DNA of 16,046 bases, from positions 1 through 16,046 of the forward strand of contig JAZDIZ010000130.1 of the NCBI GenBank assembly GCA_043804515.1, given 5' to 3'. The stretch is from Pseudomonadota bacterium (GTDB lineage Bacteria; Bdellovibrionota_G; JALEGL01; DATDPG01). The first letter of the stretch is position 1. Each line of letters starts with the position of its first letter. The notes beneath the pieces were generated by a model that worked only from the letters and a program-made list of their open reading frames with translations, made no database searches and was not told where the DNA came from. A program made the translations under genes and the position numbers. Positions 1-8,284 of this stretch are shown piece by piece.

Positions 1-671
1 AGGATCGGGAGCTGCGCCAGAAAGGCGAATGCGCGGACCATGTCGAATTGGGTGGTCTGCGGAAAACGGCTGTCTCCCAGGACGATGCTGGGGCGGAACA
101 CGAGGCGGGACACGTCGGGCAGGAATTCCGCCACCATGTGCTCGGCCAGCTTCTTCGTGCGGGCATAAGGGTCGTAATCGCTCCGGTCCCATTCGATCGC
201 CCCGTCCTCCGTGACCACCTCGTTCGAACGCTTTCCCGCCACGGCCACGGTGGAAATGTCGCTGAAGCGGCGCAGGCCGTGTTGGTCGTGCGCGGCCCGG
301 GCCAGCTTTATGACCTGGAGCGTGCCCCGAAGGTTCACGTTCATGCAGGTCTTCTCGGACTTCCGGTTGAGGGAGGCGGCGCAGTGGATGACCGAGTCCA
401 TGGACCGGATCAAGCGATCCCGGTCGGAGGAATCCAGGCCCAGGCCGTCCTGTGTCAGATCGCCCAGATAAATGTCGACGCGGTCGTGCATGAGGGCATG
501 GAACGTTTCGGCATCCATGTGGAGCTGGAGTGATTTCCACAGGCGGCGTTCGGCCTCATCTTGTGATTTGGCACGCACGAGAAGCGCAAGCCGTTCGTTG
601 TGGCCTCGGAGAAGCCCGTCGGCCAGATAAGACCCGATGTAACCGGTCGCGCCGGTAAGGAATACGGTCAT
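1..671 (-). CDS. Extended SDR / NAD(P)-dependent oxidoreductase (thioester-reductase or epimerase-like), 3' end truncated by the window edge
   Basis: Not in the ORF track. Manual translation from ATG 671 gives [23 protein letters not shown]...[11 protein letters not shown]...NVNLRGT...ISTVAVAG...[11 protein letters not shown]...[11 protein letters not shown], open to the window edge. It has the TGxxGxxG Rossmann motif, YxxxK and RPSIV. The start overlaps the upstream stop (ATGA, 668-671) and GAGGTG lies 8 nt upstream. Confidence 0.9.
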   Translation of the reverse strand, partial: MTVFLTGATGYIGSYLADGLLRGHNERLALLVRAKSQDEAERRLWKSLQLHMDAETFHALMHDRVDIYLGDLTQDGLGLDSSDRDRLIRSMDSVIHCAASLNRKSEKTCMNVNLRGTLQVIKLARAAHDQHGLRRFSDISTVAVAGKRSNEVVTEDGAIEWDRSDYDPYARTKKLAEHMVAEFLPDVSRLVFRPSIVLGDSRFPQTTQFDMVRAFAFLAQLPI

Positions 672-2389
672 CGGTCGGACACCTCACGGGGGCGGTCCCT
701 GATCTGATGCGCTTCGGGCGGGGGGGCCTCCGCCGTTTTGGGCTGAGAGACGTCCTCGCGCCGAAGTTTTACGGGATGTTCCGGCTTAAGGCGTTCCCGG
801 TCCTTTCCCTCGATCGCCCGGAAGCACCAGCGTCTCAAACCCGGCATGTGGATGTTGAGCCAGTAATCCCGCCACTTCACGGCCCCGGTGTCGAAACGGA
901 ATTCGGGCTCCAGAACCTCCATTTCACGGAGCGAGGCGCATTCGTAGATCTGGTGGTAGTCGTGGATGTACGGCATGAAAAGCCTCAGCATTTCGTCCAC
1001 CTGCGCCAGCTTCCGATTGGTCCGGTCGAGGGCGCCCCGGGCTTTTTCTAGAGGCTTTTCGAGCGCGGGAACGCCGGAGGACGGGATTTTCGAAAGGAGG
1101 CGCTCGAGCTGCCGTGTCACGGTACCGAGTTTCCGAATGGAGAACAGATAGTGGTCTCCGACCGTGACGGAATCCCAACGGGAGAGGACGGCCCGCTTCA
1201 GTTTCGTGCTGCCGTGCTTTCGGAGGTGGATCCGGTGGCCGAGCGACGTCAGCTCACAAGCCCGGTCGATGGTGAAAAGATTGGAGTCGCTCGTGGCGCA
1301 CTGATAGACGCGGCGATTGCGCCGGGTCAGGAGGGCGGCTCCGGCCAGCGTCATCCCGATTCCGACCAAATCGACGGGAATGACGTCAAACGGGTTCCCG
1401 ATCTTGGCGGGAAAGAAACGGAACCAGGAACCCAGAAGATAGGCGAGCGGACCGGAAGTGTTGAATCCCTCGTTCCAGCCCGGGATGGGATACTTCAGAG
1501 CGCTCTCCACGATCGAAGGTCGCAGGACGGAAAGGCGCAGATGACCGTAGCGCTGCGTGAGGAGGGCCTCCCCGAGAGCCTTTGTATACGTATAAATGTT
1601 GGGCCACCCGAGTTTTTGGGCCCGCTTTACGCCCTCGGTGACCATGGTTTCCCGAAGCTGGCGCCGCCGAAGAGCCCGAAGCATCTTCTCGGCGACGTCA
1701 CCGGCTCGTCGACGTTTTCCGGCCCGCTTTGCCACGAGAGAGCGAAGTTCGGTTTCCACTTGTGCGGTGTATTGTTCCCGGGTGATCCGGCCGATGGTCT
1801 TTTTGAGATCCCGGTATTCCTGTTCCGGATCAAACACCGCGCCGTTCGGGGAGAAGCGAGTTTCGATCGTCTCGGGGATCCGTCCTTCCCTCGATCCCGC
1901 GACGTAGCAGGTGCTCACGTGGAGAAGGGCCGCTTTTGAAAGCCCCGAGGTGAAACGCGCCGCATTCAAAGCGCCTTCCACGTTCGTGGAAAGGGCGTCG
2001 CGGATGTCCGGATTGAAGTCCACCAAGCCGACGCAATTGATGAAGAGGTCGAGGTCCTTTCGCAGTCGCTCGACCGTGGCGGCCGGCAGGCCCAGGTTCT
2101 CCGCCGTAATGTCGCCTTCCAGGACCTCCACGCGCTCCGAAAGACGGAAGGTGAGGTGAGACCCGAACTTCTCGTGAAGCGACTTGAAGACATAAGACGA
2201 ATTGATGAGCGACTCGAAACGGCTGAGGGCGGACCCGTGGCTGCTCCTTCGAAGCAGGACGTACACTTTGCCCAGGTCGTCGAGCTTCTCGAGCGCCATG
2301 GCCAGCCAGACTTTTCCCAAAAAACCGGAACCGCCCGCGATCAGGATATGCCGACCGGCGTACGCTTCTTGAATCGAAAAGGCTTCCAT
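668..2389 (-). CDS. Fatty acyl-CoA reductase (male-sterility/FAR family, NAD_binding_4 plus FAR C-terminal domain), about 573 aa
   Basis: Motifs [35 protein letters not shown] (YxxxK), [25 protein letters not shown] and C-terminal [12 protein letters not shown]...PGLRRW. Start reassigned to ATG 2389 (MEAFSIQ), 5 nt downstream of the HAD gene stop. The ORF-track extension to 2524 overlaps that gene. Confidence 0.88.
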   Translation of the reverse strand: MEAFSIQEAYAGRHILIAGGSGFLGKVWLAMALEKLDDLGKVYVLLRRSSHGSALSRFESLINSSYVFKSLHEKFGSHLTFRLSERVEVLEGDITAENLGLPAATVERLRKDLDLFINCVGLVDFNPDIRDALSTNVEGALNAARFTSGLSKAALLHVSTCYVAGSREGRIPETIETRFSPNGAVFDPEQEYRDLKKTIGRITREQYTAQVETELRSLVAKRAGKRRRAGDVAEKMLRALRRRQLRETMVTEGVKRAQKLGWPNIYTYTKALGEALLTQRYGHLRLSVLRPSIVESALKYPIPGWNEGFNTSGPLAYLLGSWFRFFPAKIGNPFDVIPVDLVGIGMTLAGAALLTRRNRRVYQCATSDSNLFTIDRACELTSLGHRIHLRKHGSTKLKRAVLSRWDSVTVGDHYLFSIRKLGTVTRQLERLLSKIPSSGVPALEKPLEKARGALDRTNRKLAQVDEMLRLFMPYIHDYHQIYECASLREMEVLEPEFRFDTGAVKWRDYWLNIHMPGLRRWCFRAIEGKDRERLKPEHPVKLRREDVSQPKTAEAPPPEAHQIRDRPREVSDR

Positions 2390-2394
2390 TCGGG

Positions 2395-3072
2395 CTACCG
2401 AGCCAGGGATAGTTCGGGCCAGCGTGACTCGCGGGCCGATTGACGCAGGATCAGGTCCGGATTCACGATGAACGGGCTCCCCACTCCGCGCAGGAGAGGC
2501 CGGTCCGTGTTGTAGGCGGCGCACGCCGTCGAGTGTTTTAAATCGATTTTTTCATCGGACGAAAAACGCTCGAGCCATTTCCGGGTCGCCGTCCCGCCGA
2601 GAACGGGAGGCTTCAGCCTTCCGGTGGCCTTGCCGTTTCGAAACTCCAACGCGTTGCTGACGAGCTGGTCCGGCTCCTTGAGGTATTCCAGAAGAGGAGT
2701 AACCACCTCGGAGATCAGCTCCGAGATCAGGACGACACGGTGCCCGTCGTTTCGGAAGCGTTCGATCAATCCGAGCGCCTCCGGCCGGATCTTGGGCCTA
2801 AGAATCTCGTTAAAATATTCCTGCCCCAGGACGGCGACCCGGTCTTCCGACATTCCCCGGAACGAGAGGTATACGATCCGGCTGGCTTGCGCGGGATTCG
2901 TTTTTCTCAGGACCGCCGCAAGGGGCGCGGTTGCGGCCACACGCCCCAGGCGGAGGGCTCGCTCCGTGAAGCCTTGTCCGTTGGCCGCGATGTACGCCGA
3001 CGAACGGAACGCCCTGCGGTCCAGGAGCACTCCTTCCACACGAATAAAGGCTGCGGTGGTCGGTCGGGGCAT
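2395..3072 (-). CDS. HAD-superfamily subfamily IB (SerB/PSP-like) protein with degenerate catalytic motifs
   Basis: HAD-IB pattern: GHRVVLIS (motif II), NALEFRNGKATG, GxATRKWL, IDLKHSTA...DRPLLRGVGSPFIVNPD. Motif I reads AFIRVEGVL instead of DxDGT. Confidence 0.8.
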   Translation of the reverse strand: MPRPTTAAFIRVEGVLLDRRAFRSSAYIAANGQGFTERALRLGRVAATAPLAAVLRKTNPAQASRIVYLSFRGMSEDRVAVLGQEYFNEILRPKIRPEALGLIERFRNDGHRVVLISELISEVVTPLLEYLKEPDQLVSNALEFRNGKATGRLKPPVLGGTATRKWLERFSSDEKIDLKHSTACAAYNTDRPLLRGVGSPFIVNPDLILRQSARESRWPELSLAR

Positions 3073-3148
3073 TTGGAGGAGGGGAGGCTAACCAAAAAGG
3101 AGCGAAATGGCGACCAAAATAGAACGACGTGTCAGTCTAACATATAAA

Positions 3149-3165
3149 ATGTAACGATATTACAT
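3149..3165. promoter_or_regulatory. Inverted repeat ATGTAA-N5-TTACAT in the AT-rich region upstream of the HAD-FAR-SDR operon; candidate operator
   Basis: Perfect 6-bp dyad seen directly within a very AT-rich intergenic stretch (about 3135-3195). The cognate regulator is unknown. Confidence 0.4.
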
Positions 3166-3192
3166 AGTTATTGTATAAGAAGAATAATTAAG

Positions 3193-3786
3193 TTAAAGTG
3201 TCCCTTGAACGATTTCCATGATCCCGACGCGCATCATCATGATGCCGATGGCCGCCAGAAGGAGGTTCATAATCTTCGAGATTCCCTGCGTCCCCGCCTT
3301 GCCCAACACCCTCATGATCCGGTCGGAGGCGTGAAACATGGCGAATGCCAGGAGCAGATTCACAAGGAAGGCAGTCACCGTAGCAGGAAGCCCCACGGCA
3401 TCGAGTTGCATGATCAGTGAAGTCAGGACCGCCGGGCCTACGATCAGGGGCATTCCGAGAGGCACGACACCGATGGTATCGGTGGGCGGTTTTCTGGGCC
3501 GGTCGGCAAATAGCAGGTCCGTAATGGCCAGAATCAGAAGGATCAAGCCGCCGGCGACTTTGAAATCGGCCACGGTCACGCCGAGGAAGTTGAAAATCAC
3601 GCGGCCCAACCCAACGAAGACCAATCCCGCGATCGCGGCGGTGATGACGGCTTGATACAACGTTCGTCGCTGCTGCTGGGGACTCACGTGTTCGACGAGG
3701 CCCACGTAAATCGGGAGCGTTCCGATCGCGTCCATCGCGACGAAGATCGGGATGAACGCGACAAGGAAGGGGTTGACGAGGCTCAT
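3193..3786 (-). CDS. marC: MarC family inner-membrane protein
   Basis: 197 aa with about 6 hydrophobic segments. Family-typical motifs IFVAMDAIGTLP, FKVAGGLIL, VVPLGMPLIVGP and ISKIMNLLLAAIG. Confidence 0.9.
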   Translation of the reverse strand: MSLVNPFLVAFIPIFVAMDAIGTLPIYVGLVEHVSPQQQRRTLYQAVITAAIAGLVFVGLGRVIFNFLGVTVADFKVAGGLILLILAITDLLFADRPRKPPTDTIGVVPLGMPLIVGPAVLTSLIMQLDAVGLPATVTAFLVNLLLAFAMFHASDRIMRVLGKAGTQGISKIMNLLLAAIGIMMMRVGIMEIVQGTL

Positions 3787-3921
3787 GATGGGGAGGGTAG
3801 TTCATCGGCATTACAAAGCTAGACGAAAAATGTACCTCCTCTGCCATGTCGGCGAACTGGCCGAGAGGGAAAAATCATCAACCGACTTAATAAGACGTGA
3901 TCGCCTCGTTTCGGCCCGGCG

Positions 3922-3984
3922 ATGAAAAAAAGCGTTCTTCTCTTGAAGAACTACGTTCACATCTGCGACACTGAGAGCCTGTGA
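3922..3984 (+). CDS. Putative 20-aa small ORF (MKKSVLLLKNYVHICDTESL)
   Basis: ATG 3922 to TGA 3982-3984. The stop overlaps the GTG start of the ligase (GTGA). No strong SD, so it could be chance. Confidence 0.25.
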   Translation: MKKSVLLLKNYVHICDTESL

Positions 3985-5273
3985 ACGGGAACGGGTCGCG
4001 GAAGTTTCTCTTCGTATCGCACGATGCTCTGATCCACGACCTTGCGTGGCAGGTGGTCAAGGAAGGCTCCCAAGCGCGGTACTACATCCAGTCCAAGAGC
4101 GAGAAGAACGTAGGGGACGGATTCGTCGAAAAAACCGAGGATCTGGACGGATCCGCAGCCTGGGCCGACGTTGTTGTGTTCGACGACCTGGGTTTCGCGG
4201 CGCTGGGGGACAAGTTCCGCAAAGCCGGAAAACCGGTAGTGGGAGGATGCGCATACGGGGATCGCCTGGAACTGGACCGGGATTTTGGGCAGGAGGAGAT
4301 GAAAGCGGCGGGATTGCTCACGCTTCAATCCTCCCTTTTCCTGACGTTCGACGAAGCGATCGCGTACGTGACAGCCAACCCGAACCGGTACGTCGTCAAA
4401 CCTTCCGGCAAGGCGCAGGACGACAAGGTGCTCTCCTTCGTAGGGCAGGAGGAGCACGGAGAGGACATCCTTTCGATCCTGGAGCACTACCGAAAGACCT
4501 GGGGAGCCAAGATCAAGAGCTTGCAACTTCAGAGGTTTGTTCCCGGGGTGGAAGTGGCCGTGGGGGCATTCTTCAACGGAAACGACTTCCTGACACCGAT
4601 CAACGTGAACTTCGAGCACAAGCGGATGTTCGCGGGGGAAATCGGCCCGTCCACGGGCGAAATGGGGACGTCCATGTTCTGGTCGGAGGAGAACGCCCTG
4701 TTCAAAAGCACGCTTGGGAAGATGGTGCCGAAGCTCCGGGAGGCCAAATACACGGGCTACATCGACATCAACTGCATCGCGAACGGGCGCGGGATCTATC
4801 CGCTCGAGTTCACCAGCCGGTTCGGATACCCCACCATCAACATCCAGATGGAAGGCGTTCAATCCCGTTGGACGGACGCTCTCAACGCGATGGCAATGGG
4901 CGAGCCGCTTCAGATGAAAGTGAAGAAGGGCTTCCAGGTGGGCGTAGTGGTGGCCGTGCCACCTTTCCCGTTTTCGGACCGCGACACGTACGAGAAATAT
5001 TCCGGCGACGCGCCGATCATTTTCAAGAAACCCAGCCTGGAAGGCGTTCATCCCGGGGACGTGAGAATCGTGGATAACGAATGGATCCTGGCGGGGAACA
5101 GCGGTTACGCCCTGATCGTCACGGGTTCCGGTACCACGATGGATTCAGCATGTCGTGAGGCCTACAACCGCATTCACAATATTTTGATTCCCAACATGTT
5201 CTACCGGACGGACATCGGTGAACGGTGGAACCGGGACAGCGATCTATTGCATACCTGGGGTTATCTTATTTAG
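3981..5273 (+). CDS. Phosphoribosylamine--glycine ligase-like (PurD/GARS-like) ATP-grasp ligase, divergent subfamily
   Basis: ATP-grasp and GARS motifs LELDRDFG, YVVKPSG, EHKR, GPSTGEMG, LEFTSRFGYP and C-terminal FYRTDIG. The canonical N-terminal GSGGREH is absent. Confidence 0.8.
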   Translation: MNGNGSRKFLFVSHDALIHDLAWQVVKEGSQARYYIQSKSEKNVGDGFVEKTEDLDGSAAWADVVVFDDLGFAALGDKFRKAGKPVVGGCAYGDRLELDRDFGQEEMKAAGLLTLQSSLFLTFDEAIAYVTANPNRYVVKPSGKAQDDKVLSFVGQEEHGEDILSILEHYRKTWGAKIKSLQLQRFVPGVEVAVGAFFNGNDFLTPINVNFEHKRMFAGEIGPSTGEMGTSMFWSEENALFKSTLGKMVPKLREAKYTGYIDINCIANGRGIYPLEFTSRFGYPTINIQMEGVQSRWTDALNAMAMGEPLQMKVKKGFQVGVVVAVPPFPFSDRDTYEKYSGDAPIIFKKPSLEGVHPGDVRIVDNEWILAGNSGYALIVTGSGTTMDSACREAYNRIHNILIPNMFYRTDIGERWNRDSDLLHTWGYLI

Positions 5274-5892
5274 CCGCGCCCGATGCTCGCTGCGCAAGCG
5301 TTTCGTCTTCGGGTTGGATTCGCGGAACCAGCTTGAGGGGCCGAAATTCCGCATAGGCGCGGGACAGGGCGATCATCGCGCGCGCGGCGGCGTCGACCGA
5401 CGTCTTTCGGCAGAAGACCGACTCCCTATTGTAATCTCCGCCCAAACAAGGGATTCCGAGAAAGAAGCTGTGGGGACACTTCTCCCCGTAGACGTCCACT
5501 TCATCCGAGTCCGAAATGGGGTCGGGAGAGTTTTCGAACAGCCTATAGTGAAACCCCGAGAGAGCGTTTTGGACGAACCGGCGTGAAACCGGGTCGGCGC
5601 ACTTCTCGATCGTGAAGTCCATATCGCCTTCGATCCCCGTCACGTCCACGACGACGACCATGTCCTCGGGGGAAAGTTGATCCCGAAGTTCCAATGCCCC
5701 TTGGTACGATGTCTCTTCATGGTCCGTCAGGACGATCCGGGTGTGCTCGCCCTGAATTTGACCGGAAAAAAAGGCCTGCATGGCCGCGAAAACGCCTACG
5801 TAATTGTCGAGTGGGCCGAAATAACCGTCGTTCTTCAGCGTCAGGCTCTGGACGTAGAAATTGGTGTCGGCATGTGCTGAAAAAACGAGCAT
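5266..5892 (-). CDS. Minimal Zn-dependent peptidase/amidohydrolase of the M28/M20/M42 fold
   Basis: Ordered metal-ligand motifs SAHAD, LDNYVG, TDHEE and VVDVTG. 208 aa, no signal peptide. The 3' end overlaps the ligase gene by 8 nt. Confidence 0.72.
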   Translation of the reverse strand: MLVFSAHADTNFYVQSLTLKNDGYFGPLDNYVGVFAAMQAFFSGQIQGEHTRIVLTDHEETSYQGALELRDQLSPEDMVVVVDVTGIEGDMDFTIEKCADPVSRRFVQNALSGFHYRLFENSPDPISDSDEVDVYGEKCPHSFFLGIPCLGGDYNRESVFCRKTSVDAAARAMIALSRAYAEFRPLKLVPRIQPEDETLAQRASGAAK

Positions 5893-5900
5893 AGCGGGCC

Positions 5901-5929
5901 GGGATACCCACCCCGAAGAGTCTCGTCAA
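5901..5929 (-). promoter_or_regulatory. Putative sigma70-type promoter for the M28-like gene (TTGACG-N17-TATCCC)
   Basis: Near-consensus -35 and a 17-nt spacer. The -10 element ends 8 nt before ATG 5892 and there is no SD. Confidence 0.4.
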
Positions 5930-5956
5930 TAACGCGCCGCGCCGTGGTTTTTAAGC

Positions 5957-8158
5957 CTAGTCGGTGGATAGACCCATCTCTTGAATGATGCGTCTCGCAT
6001 CGGGATAAATCTGGTCTCCTAAAAACGCGATATACCTCATATCCACGCTGATCGTCCGGGAGGCCGGATGCCTGCGTACGTCGTCCAGAATGGACTCCGG
6101 CGTTCCATCGAACGCCAGTCCCACGACTTCGCCGTCCGCATTGAGAACGCTGCTTCCGGAATTTCCGCCCGTGATCAGGTGCTGCGTAATGAAGTTCACC
6201 GGGATGTCGTTGAGTGCCGTGTCGAAATACCACCGGTTTGCCAGCGAACTCAGGTTCATTTGGGCTTTCTTGATGCCAGCTGGAACGACGAATGCTTCCT
6301 TGTCCATCCCCTCTTTCACGAGTCCGTCCTTCCTGATGAGGGACGTAAGCGTCGTGGCGTAGGGGAAGTGCCCCGTCCCGTCGATCGGGTCATAGCTGGC
6401 CTGGACGGTACTGAACACAAATCGAATCGTGGAGTTGGCATCGGGGTATTTGGCACCCATCGCCAGATTATTCAGGTAGTTCGCGCGCTCCAGTTCGAAC
6501 ACGTATGGTTCGGCGGCCCCGGATCGCAGCTCTTCAAACTCCTTGGAGATATCGATCGCGAACTTGAGCATGGAATCGTCGACCTTTTCGAGATCCTTCC
6601 CGGGAGTCGCAAACATCTTGAGCCTCAGACTCGTGGCCCGGTCCCTGTCGGCCTTGTTCCGCGCGACCATCCGCGTTTTCGCAAAGAGGAGTTTGGCCAT
6701 TCGCATTTCGACCGGTTCGTTTGTGTGAATCGCTTCGGCCCTTTCCCTCAGGCGATTGAACGTCTGGATCTGGACGTTCAGCTCTCGGGCCAATTGGAAG
6801 TATCTTGTCATCAGCTTGATGTCGTTTTTGTACGTACCGAGATCATCCGATTGCTTGATCTCGGCTGTGCGCTGGGCTTCATTCCAACTTTTGAAGCGTT
6901 CGTCGGGCCGCTTCATGTCATCGGGATCCTGTGTGCTCCACTTCCAGATGTAGTATGCGGAGAGGAAGCTCTTCGCGGGGAAATGCCTCCCCGTCATGAA
7001 GCTCAGAATGTAGTAGGCGGGGTAGTAAGTCGCGACGCCCTGCTGAGGATCGAAGATTTCCCGGATGCGGTTCAAATTCGTCTTTTCCGCGAGGCCCTCT
7101 TCCGCGGCCCGTTTCTCCGAGACCACATCGACTTTCTTAATGAAATCGGCTTTGAGCTGCATGTTCTGGGCATAATTGGCGATCCATTCCCACTCGATGG
7201 CATAGGGGCCTTGCATCGCCCCGCGCGGATACAAGCCATTGATGTACTCCATTAGGAGCGTTAGAACTCTGGACTGCAGAGGAAGCGCCTGAGCGGCCAT
7301 CCAGGCCACCTGGAAGGACGTCACGTTCCGCTGCGTCGTGCCCGGGAACCCCAACATGAACTGAGGATCTCCGGGTTTGAATCCCGCCGTGGAGGCCTTT
7401 GCAAAGGCCGAGGGCGGGTAGGGCTTTCCGTCCTGATACAAACGGAAAAAGCTGAAATCACCGGTTTGCCGGGGGTAATGCCAGTTGTCCGTCTCGCCCC
7501 CAAACTTTCCGACTTGGATGGGCGGGACCCAGACGAGGCGAACGTCCCGGTACCTTCTGGTTTTAATGAGGTAATAGGGAGCGGGTCCGGTGTTCATCCG
7601 GACGACATCGCAGATGATGTCCTTGTCTGATCCACGGCATTTTTGGCGGAGCTCCTCGCGCCGCATTCGAACCTGCTCGGCCCAGTCCTTCGGTCGCAGC
7701 GTCCGGTCCAGTTCGAGTTTCCACAACTCCGGGTCGTTGGAGACGTTCGTGATCTGGACGGGGATTCGGACCTCATCCGTCGGACACCTGGGTTCTTGGT
7801 CCTGGCTGGCGGCGACGAAGCCGAGGTTTCGGATATTGGCCAGCGGACCTTTGCTGTATTTTGGGTCCTCTTTGAGCGTGCCCACGCAGTTAGCCGCGCA
7901 GTGGTAATTGGTCGCGATCAGGCCGTCTTTCGAGAGGAATGTGCCCGTGCAACCGCTGGACAGGTAGGGAACGCCGCCGAGGGCCAGCTTTGCGATCTCA
8001 TCGGTGGACACGTGAATGCCGCTGGCCTTGACTTCGTCGGCGGGCATTTGGTCCTCGACCGCAAGGTACATTGCATCATCGGCCCGAAGTTGGGTCGGTG
8101 ATGCAATTGGGAAGAAAGCAAAAAAGGAGAGAGCCGCAAAGAACGATCTCGATTTCAT
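5957..8158 (-). CDS. S46 family dipeptidyl peptidase (DPP7/DAP BII-like), secreted
   Basis: Signal peptide MKSRSFFAALSFFAFFPIA. Catalytic triad motifs TNYHC (His), GDFSFFR (Asp) and ITGGNSGS (Ser), plus DNW and LAFDG. ATG 8158 has GGGGG 6 nt upstream; the ORF track starts at TTG 8164. Confidence 0.92.
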   Translation of the reverse strand: MKSRSFFAALSFFAFFPIASPTQLRADDAMYLAVEDQMPADEVKASGIHVSTDEIAKLALGGVPYLSSGCTGTFLSKDGLIATNYHCAANCVGTLKEDPKYSKGPLANIRNLGFVAASQDQEPRCPTDEVRIPVQITNVSNDPELWKLELDRTLRPKDWAEQVRMRREELRQKCRGSDKDIICDVVRMNTGPAPYYLIKTRRYRDVRLVWVPPIQVGKFGGETDNWHYPRQTGDFSFFRLYQDGKPYPPSAFAKASTAGFKPGDPQFMLGFPGTTQRNVTSFQVAWMAAQALPLQSRVLTLLMEYINGLYPRGAMQGPYAIEWEWIANYAQNMQLKADFIKKVDVVSEKRAAEEGLAEKTNLNRIREIFDPQQGVATYYPAYYILSFMTGRHFPAKSFLSAYYIWKWSTQDPDDMKRPDERFKSWNEAQRTAEIKQSDDLGTYKNDIKLMTRYFQLARELNVQIQTFNRLRERAEAIHTNEPVEMRMAKLLFAKTRMVARNKADRDRATSLRLKMFATPGKDLEKVDDSMLKFAIDISKEFEELRSGAAEPYVFELERANYLNNLAMGAKYPDANSTIRFVFSTVQASYDPIDGTGHFPYATTLTSLIRKDGLVKEGMDKEAFVVPAGIKKAQMNLSSLANRWYFDTALNDIPVNFITQHLITGGNSGSSVLNADGEVVGLAFDGTPESILDDVRRHPASRTISVDMRYIAFLGDQIYPDARRIIQEMGLSTD

Positions 8159-8195
8159 GGACAACCCCCGTTAGCTAGGTCTTGAAATGTGACGC

Positions 8196-8224
8196 AACGT
8201 AGCATCAATTTGTTGCCGAGCCAA
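8196..8224 (-). promoter_or_regulatory. Putative sigma70-type promoter for the S46 peptidase (TTGGCT-N17-TACGTT with extended TG)
   Basis: Hexamers and 17-nt spacing read from the minus strand of the AT-rich divergent region. Confidence 0.35.
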
Positions 8225-8284
8225 AGAAAATTCTTTAAAGCGGCACTTCTTTAGATTTTCGCGATTTGTGGTATCTCGCCCTCC

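Noticed and set aside
2390..2524. 45-aa N-terminal extension of the FAR in the ORF track
   Set aside because: It overlaps the HAD gene in another frame and is non-conserved-looking sequence. ATG 2389 sits just before the Rossmann motif.
3846..3890. 14-codon ORF MSANWPRGKNHQPT
   Set aside because: No SD, no coupling to a neighbouring gene, and a length expected by chance.
3840..3980. ZTP or purine riboswitch upstream of the PurD-like gene
   Set aside because: I could not find the conserved elements of either aptamer, only a 6-bp hairpin. An Infernal/Rfam search would settle it.
4046..5077. Same-strand alternative-frame ORFs rich in Arg/Gly (also 13344-14231)
   Set aside because: Composition is typical of off-frame translation of GC-rich genes. 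The main frames are intact and show no frameshift signal.
6068..7255. Long antisense ORFs (also 1151-1939, 3957-5051, 8171-9139, 13291-14634)
   Set aside because: These are shadow frames of well-supported genes, expected at high GC, with no recognisable motifs.
8185..8206. CRP/FNR-like site beginning AAATGTGA
   Set aside because: Only the TGTGA half-site is present, with no TCACA at the 6-nt spacing.
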